A DNA stretch of 64,000 nt from NCBI GenBank assembly GCA_964641355.1, contig CAZXND010000002.1, forward strand, positions 70,615-134,614, written 5' to 3'. Every line of letters begins with the position of its first letter. The first letter of the stretch is position 1. The notes under the pieces were generated by a model, which was not told where the DNA came from, ran no database searches, and worked only from the letters and a program-made list of their open reading frames with translations. Position numbers and translations under genes: made by a program. Positions 59,423-64,000 of the stretch are shown one piece after another. Origin of the DNA: an uncultured Gammaproteobacteria bacterium (GTDB lineage: Bacteria; Patescibacteriota; Microgenomatia; Levybacterales; GWA1-39-11).

Positions 59423-59517
59423 TGTTTACACAATATATCTCAATAGCTAAGATTGTCGAATAACATATGTAAATTCATTTAAAATTAATTTTCTTGATAT
59501 GCTATACTATCGCAAAT

Positions 59518-60726
59518 ATGCTTCGAGTTCCATACGCACTTTCTGTTTACGATAACAAAGAAATACAAGCGGTTGTTTCTGTACTTAAAGAACACAGATC
59601 TAACATGGGTATTGAGACTCAGAAGTTTGAGAAGGGAGTTGCAAAACTTTTTAATAAAAAATATGGAATAATGGTTAATTCTGGGTCTTCAGCAATACTT
59701 ATTGCATTAGAACTATTAAATCTCCCTAAAGGTTCTGAAATCATTACGCCGATTTTGACTTTCTCAACTACGGTTGCACCCATTGTTCAAAAAGGATTAA
59801 TTCCTGTTTTTGCAGACGTTGAGCCACAAAAATACACCATTAACGTTGATCAGGTTGAGTCTCTTATTACACCAAAAACTAAAGCACTATTTATTCCTTT
59901 ACTACTCGGAAATGTTCCTGCCTTGGATAGACTTAGAAAAATTGCAAAAAAACATAAGCTTTATTTTGTTGAAGATTCTTGTGATACCTTAGGAGCTAAA
60001 TACAATGGAAAAGAATCAGGATCATATTCAGACATATCTATAACTAGTTTTTTTGGATCTCATATTATCACTGCGGGAGGCAATGGAGGAATGATAATGG
60101 TAAACAGTAGAAAGTGGGCAGATAGGGCAAAAGTACTAAGAGGCTGGGGGAGAAGTTCGTCTTTATTTGGTGAGACCGAAGATATTAAAAAGCGTTTTAG
60201 TGTAAAGCTAGAAAATATACCTTATGATGCAAAATTTCTATTTGAAGAAGTAGGATACAATCTTCTTCCAAATGAAATGTGTTCAGCGTTTGGGAATATG
60301 CAGTTACTGAAACTTCCTAAATTTAGAAAGATAAGGGAAAAGAATTTTAATACACTTTATAAATTTTTTCAAAAATATGAATCCGTATTTATGCTCCCCA
60401 AGCAAGATAAAAAAGTTTCAACACAGTGGATTACTTTTCCTTTAACTATCAGAAACACCTCCCCTTTCACACGAATTGAATTGGTTACTTTCCTAGAAAA
60501 TAATAACATTCAAACTCGTCCAATTTTTACGGGAAATATATTAAAACAACCAGGTTTTAAAGATATCAATCACAGAAAAAATTCATCCGGATATCCGGCA
60601 ACTCAAGAAGTAATGGAGAGAGGATTTGTAATAGGATGTCACCATGGTCTTGAAAATAAACACATAGACAGGCTTACTGAGGTATTCTCGCTCTTTTTGA
60701 AAAGCAAAGGAGTTAAGAGTAGTTAG
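59518..60726 (+). CDS. PLP/PMP-dependent DegT-family enzyme, ColD/RfbH-type C3-dehydratase
   Basis: NSGSSA, EDSCDTLG, SFFGSHIIT.G..GG (His at the usual Lys position), GYN and TRPIF.GN...QP motifs. Confidence 0.8.
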   Translation: MLRVPYALSVYDNKEIQAVVSVLKEHRSNMGIETQKFEKGVAKLFNKKYGIMVNSGSSAILIALELLNLPKGSEIITPILTFSTTVAPIVQKGLIPVFADVEPQKYTINVDQVESLITPKTKALFIPLLLGNVPALDRLRKIAKKHKLYFVEDSCDTLGAKYNGKESGSYSDISITSFFGSHIITAGGNGGMIMVNSRKWADRAKVLRGWGRSSSLFGETEDIKKRFSVKLENIPYDAKFLFEEVGYNLLPNEMCSAFGNMQLLKLPKFRKIREKNFNTLYKFFQKYESVFMLPKQDKKVSTQWITFPLTIRNTSPFTRIELVTFLENNNIQTRPIFTGNILKQPGFKDINHRKNSSGYPATQEVMERGFVIGCHHGLENKHIDRLTEVFSLFLKSKGVKSS

Positions 60727-61654
60727 TTTTATTGGCATAAAACCAATCAACTGTTCTTTTAATCCCCTCCTCCAATGAATAATTCGGTTTCCATTTCAGA
60801 ATTTTTTTAGTATGAGATAAATCTGCTTCGAGCATTTGAGGTTCTAGATACCTTGCCTGCCTCTTCACGCCACCCCATACAACCTTTGACTTACTGTTAG
60901 TAGTTTTAAGAATAGTCTCGACGATATCCTTTATAGTATTTTGCTTTCCTGACCCAATATTAAAAATTGAACCATTAGGCACTTTAATCATTGTAGCTTG
61001 GATATAAGCATTAATCACATCCTCAATAAAAATAAAATCCCTAACACTTTGAGGCGTTGAAACTTTTATCGGCCTATCTTGAAGAACGTCTAATATTATT
61101 GATGGAATAAGTCTATACCCACTTTCATAATTCCCATAAGGGGTAAAAAGACGTAAAGTGATAATCGGCAGATTGCTTCTAATTGCTTCCTTTTTGCAAT
61201 AAAGTGAAACAGCTGACTTCACAACAGAATAATTATTTGTTGGTTCGAGATAATCTGTCTCCCTCATTTTATTTTTTTTACTTCCATATTCAAAACAACT
61301 TCCAGTATTAATAAATAGTTTAAAATCAATTTTTTTTGCCGCTTCAATTATATTGATAGTCCCTTTTAAGTTTACATCTATCATTTTATAGATATCATCT
61401 TCATGAGGTGGGATCCCATATGATGCTAAGTGAAAAATATAATCAGGATTACTTTTTTTTAACGCAAGAAAAATTGATTTATCCAAAAGGTTACCTTCAA
61501 AAATTCTAACTTTCGATTTAACTCCATTCAATCTCCAATTGAGATTTCTATCTCTAACAAAGATACTCACGTCTTCTCCCCTATTTACCAATTGGTGAGT
61601 AATATTACTTCCCACAAAACCAGTTGCTCCGGTAATAAAATATTTATTTCTCAT
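60713..61654 (-). CDS. NAD-dependent epimerase/C4-reductase (extended SDR, dideoxysugar synthase-like)
   Basis: TGATGFVG, GSCFEYG, YSVVK and RDFIF.ED motifs. Confidence 0.8.
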   Translation of the reverse strand: MRNKYFITGATGFVGSNITHQLVNRGEDVSIFVRDRNLNWRLNGVKSKVRIFEGNLLDKSIFLALKKSNPDYIFHLASYGIPPHEDDIYKMIDVNLKGTINIIEAAKKIDFKLFINTGSCFEYGSKKNKMRETDYLEPTNNYSVVKSAVSLYCKKEAIRSNLPIITLRLFTPYGNYESGYRLIPSIILDVLQDRPIKVSTPQSVRDFIFIEDVINAYIQATMIKVPNGSIFNIGSGKQNTIKDIVETILKTTNSKSKVVWGGVKRQARYLEPQMLEADLSHTKKILKWKPNYSLEEGIKRTVDWFYANKTNYS

Positions 61655-62183
61655 ACTGGAATAATGGCCAATTTGAATCTTTCTCTGAAACAACTACGTT
61701 TTTCTTAATAGGCCAATCTATGTTAAAAAATGGATCATTCCATTTAAAACCTCTTTCATGTTTTGGAGAATAAAATGCTGAAACAGGATACTCAACTATT
61801 GAGTTATCCTCAAGCGCTTGAGCCCCATGAGCAACACCTTTTGGAACTAAAACCATAGTTTTACTTTTAGCGGATAAAACGTTTCCTACCCATTTACCAA
61901 AAGTTTTAGACTTAGGTCTAACATCTAACGCAACATCAAAAATAGAACCTTTTACACACTGTACTAATTTATCTTCTGATTTAGGTGGAACCTGCATATG
62001 AAGCCCTCTGATTGTTCCTGCCTTAATAGACATAGATCTGTTAATTTGAACTATTTCAAAATTAATTCCAAACTTTTTAAGCTCTTCAACATCATAAACT
62101 CTTTCAAAGTAACCTCTCTTATCGCTTTTACTTTCTATCTCAATTAAAAATACTCCATCAATTACAGTTTTACTAAATTTCAT
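61644..62183 (-). CDS. RmlC-family cupin NDP-4-keto-sugar 3,5-epimerase
   Basis: DKRGYF, GT.RGLH.Q, KLV.C..G.IFDV..D.R and VP.G.AHG motifs. Heptose context suggests a Cj1430-like role. Confidence 0.88.
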   Translation of the reverse strand: MKFSKTVIDGVFLIEIESKSDKRGYFERVYDVEELKKFGINFEIVQINRSMSIKAGTIRGLHMQVPPKSEDKLVQCVKGSIFDVALDVRPKSKTFGKWVGNVLSAKSKTMVLVPKGVAHGAQALEDNSIVEYPVSAFYSPKHERGFKWNDPFFNIDWPIKKNVVVSEKDSNWPLFQYEK

Positions 62184-62191
62184 GGTGGGAG

Positions 62192-62866
62192 TTAACGAAA
62201 TGGAACCGCTTTGTTTTCATTAATGTCATTTTCCATCTCATCGTGTAAGTGCTTTGTTTTAGCAATCCATGCAGCGATTATATGATTCAGTATAAGCTGT
62301 ATATCTTCAACTGGTCCATAATGATTACTGTCTGCAATTAAAGGGTAATCTACTATTCCCCCAAGCTTACCACCAGTTTTAAATCCTAAGATACCAACAG
62401 TTATTGCATTGCATGATTTTGCATACTCAATCGCCTTAACAACATTAGGACTATTTCCACTCCCAGAAAGAGCAATAACAACATCATCCCTTTTTACCAA
62501 ATTTCTAAGTTGCTGTACAAATATATCGTCGAAGCTTAAATCGTTTCCAAAAGCTGTCATAATAGCAACATTATCTGTAAGGGAAATAACTTGAAATCTT
62601 CTTTCAGAATTATCATAAATTCTCCTAAGGGTTCCTTTTCCTAAATCGCATGCCATGTGAGAAGCTGTAGACGCACTTCCTCCATTACCTATTATAAATA
62701 CCTTTTTATCTTTTTTATAAGCCGTAACAAGCACATTCATTATCTCTGCAATTATACTTTTATCTATAGATAAAAGACACCTTACAATTTCGAAAATATA
62801 TGAATTAATAAAGTCAGAGGGGTCTAAACTAATATTTTTTTTATTTTCTACGTTTCTATTCTTCAT
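62192..62866 (-). CDS. gmhA: Sedoheptulose-7-phosphate isomerase (SIS domain)
   Basis: GNGGSA..ASH...D, TA.GND, S.SGNS.NV and VED motifs. Confidence 0.9.
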   Translation of the reverse strand: MKNRNVENKKNISLDPSDFINSYIFEIVRCLLSIDKSIIAEIMNVLVTAYKKDKKVFIIGNGGSASTASHMACDLGKGTLRRIYDNSERRFQVISLTDNVAIMTAFGNDLSFDDIFVQQLRNLVKRDDVVIALSGSGNSPNVVKAIEYAKSCNAITVGILGFKTGGKLGGIVDYPLIADSNHYGPVEDIQLILNHIIAAWIAKTKHLHDEMENDINENKAVPFR

Positions 62867-63846
62867 TAATCAATAAATACTATTTTACTTCCCTGGGGTT
62901 CAAAGGAAAACTTTTGATAAATTAATTCTGGTAAAGCTTTAATAATTTTTTTATGCTTATCTTCTGGGGCATAAAATAAAAGAAATCCACCACCACCTGC
63001 ACCTAACAACTTCCCACCAATCGCACCACTTCTTATTGCTCTACTATACCAACTATTAATTTGTTCACTTGTGATTCCGTCTGCCATTTTTACTTTTAAA
63101 AACCAATTTTCATCAAGCATTTTACCAAAAGTGTCTAGGTTGTTAGTATTTAACGCTTTTTGCATTTTTTTTGCAATACCTACCATTCTTAACATAGTTT
63201 TTCTTTTTTTTTCAAAAGATGCCATCTCTTTTGATTGTTTACTTAAAATAGGATCTGAAGATCTTGTTATTCCCGTATAGAAAAGGAGTAGTCTTTTTTC
63301 TAATTTTTCTCTTGTTTCATCGGTACATATAATTGGATCTACAAAAACACTACCATTTTTATTAAATTGTAAGTATTGCATTCCTCCGTATGCAGCAATG
63401 TACTGATCTTGCTTTCCTATGGGCTTTTTTAATATATCTATCTCTATTTTACACGCCTCACGGGCAAGTCTTTCAGCACTCACATACTCACCTTTAAAGG
63501 CATAAAGAGCATTTAATAGCCCGACAACATAAGAACTTGACGATCCCATACCTGTTCCCTCCGACGGAACATCAGCAATAGAACTAATATGAATACCTTT
63601 TCTTATTCCCGTTAACTTTAAAGCTTCTCGTACTAAGTCGTTTTGAATCTCTGAGACCTTTGTAACCAACTCTGTTTTTGAATAATGAATAAAAATTCTT
63701 CCATCAAACTGTTTTTCAACAAATATATAAATATACTTATCAATTGCTGTTGTTACAACGCATCCAGAAGAATGTTTATAAAAAGAGGAAATATCACTTC
63801 CACCTCCAACAAAACTTACCCTCAGGGGAGTTCTTGATATGATCAT
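62866..63846 (-). CDS. hddA: D-glycero-alpha-D-manno-heptose-7-phosphate kinase (GHMP)
   Basis: RTPLR.SF.GGG.D, G.GSSS, IGKQDQY..A.GG and KL.GAGGGGF motifs. Confidence 0.9.
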   Translation of the reverse strand: MIISRTPLRVSFVGGGSDISSFYKHSSGCVVTTAIDKYIYIFVEKQFDGRIFIHYSKTELVTKVSEIQNDLVREALKLTGIRKGIHISSIADVPSEGTGMGSSSSYVVGLLNALYAFKGEYVSAERLAREACKIEIDILKKPIGKQDQYIAAYGGMQYLQFNKNGSVFVDPIICTDETREKLEKRLLLFYTGITRSSDPILSKQSKEMASFEKKRKTMLRMVGIAKKMQKALNTNNLDTFGKMLDENWFLKVKMADGITSEQINSWYSRAIRSGAIGGKLLGAGGGGFLLFYAPEDKHKKIIKALPELIYQKFSFEPQGSKIVFID

Positions 63847-64000
63847 AAGTATTTGGAAACAATCGAATATAAGTCGTTTTTTTTATTCACCAAAAATGTT
63901 TTACATCCAGCTTTTTTCCCGGAAATAATATCACGTTCGTCATCACCTATACAACAACTTTTATATAAATCGATGTTATATTTTTGCGCCGCCTGGAAAA
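63843..64000 (-). CDS. gmhB: Heptose-1,7-bisphosphate phosphatase (HAD-IIIA) C-terminus, partial
   Basis: Manual translation FQAAQKYNIDLYKSCCIGDDERDIISGKKAGCKT...; stop overlaps the hddA start (ATGA). Confidence 0.8.
   Translation of the reverse strand, partial: FQAAQKYNIDLYKSCCIGDDERDIISGKKAGCKTFLVNKKNDLYSIVSKYL

Noticed and set aside
41830-60726. Shufflon or invertible segments explaining the plus-strand cassettes
   Set aside because: No shared inverted repeats were found at the boundaries and no recombinase gene is in the window.
50954-62183. dTDP-rhamnose pathway (rmlC, rmlD)
   Set aside because: No rmlA or rmlB in the window and the context is GDP-heptose, so the symbols were withheld.
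696-63280. Many short ORFs in the track that overlap longer genes (e.g. 696-1118, 5281-5715, 5871-6281, 8790-9005, 28446-28793, 48781-49179, 57240-57464)
   Set aside because: They are antisense or alternate-frame shadows of well-supported genes and carry no recognisable motifs.
1-64000. tRNA, rRNA, IS elements, or an alternative genetic code
   Set aside because: Intergenic gaps are short with no cloverleaf or rRNA signature, no transposase motifs were seen, and TGA terminates several genes (e.g. glyQS, gmhB) at the expected positions.

Overview
AT-rich bacterial chromosome segment, genetic code 11 (TGA is used as a stop). Gene content and style point to a CPR/Patescibacteria genome, most likely Microgenomates (inference): short MurE and RecO, alpha2-type GlyRS, DUF4012 and DUF5667-like proteins, tight gene packing, and -10 boxes directly before start codons. 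1-8.6 kb holds a reduced dcw cluster (mraZ-rsmH-ftsL-ftsI-murE-murC-murA, with MraZ boxes) and glyQS. 8.7-10.4 kb is a lone opposite-strand OLD-family ATPase-TOPRIM nuclease, a probable defence gene. About 10.5-64 kb is a very large surface-glycosylation region: an initiating phosphoglycosyl transferase, ManC, about 12 GT2/GT4 enzymes, 8 GT-C-like polytopic membrane proteins (including a WaaL-like/GT-C fusion and four AftD/YfhO-like paralogues), 4 methyltransferases, 2 acetyltransferases, and a Campylobacter-like GDP-heptose modification pathway with a ColD-type C3-dehydratase. The best candidate for an undescribed system is the GT-C paralogue array together with a recurring small membrane-protein family and a DUF5667-like module found both free-standing and fused inside the largest GT-C protein, possibly supplied with modified heptoses. 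No rRNA, tRNA, CRISPR array, transposase or integrase was seen. All family assignments come from reading motifs by eye and from recall; no database search was run.
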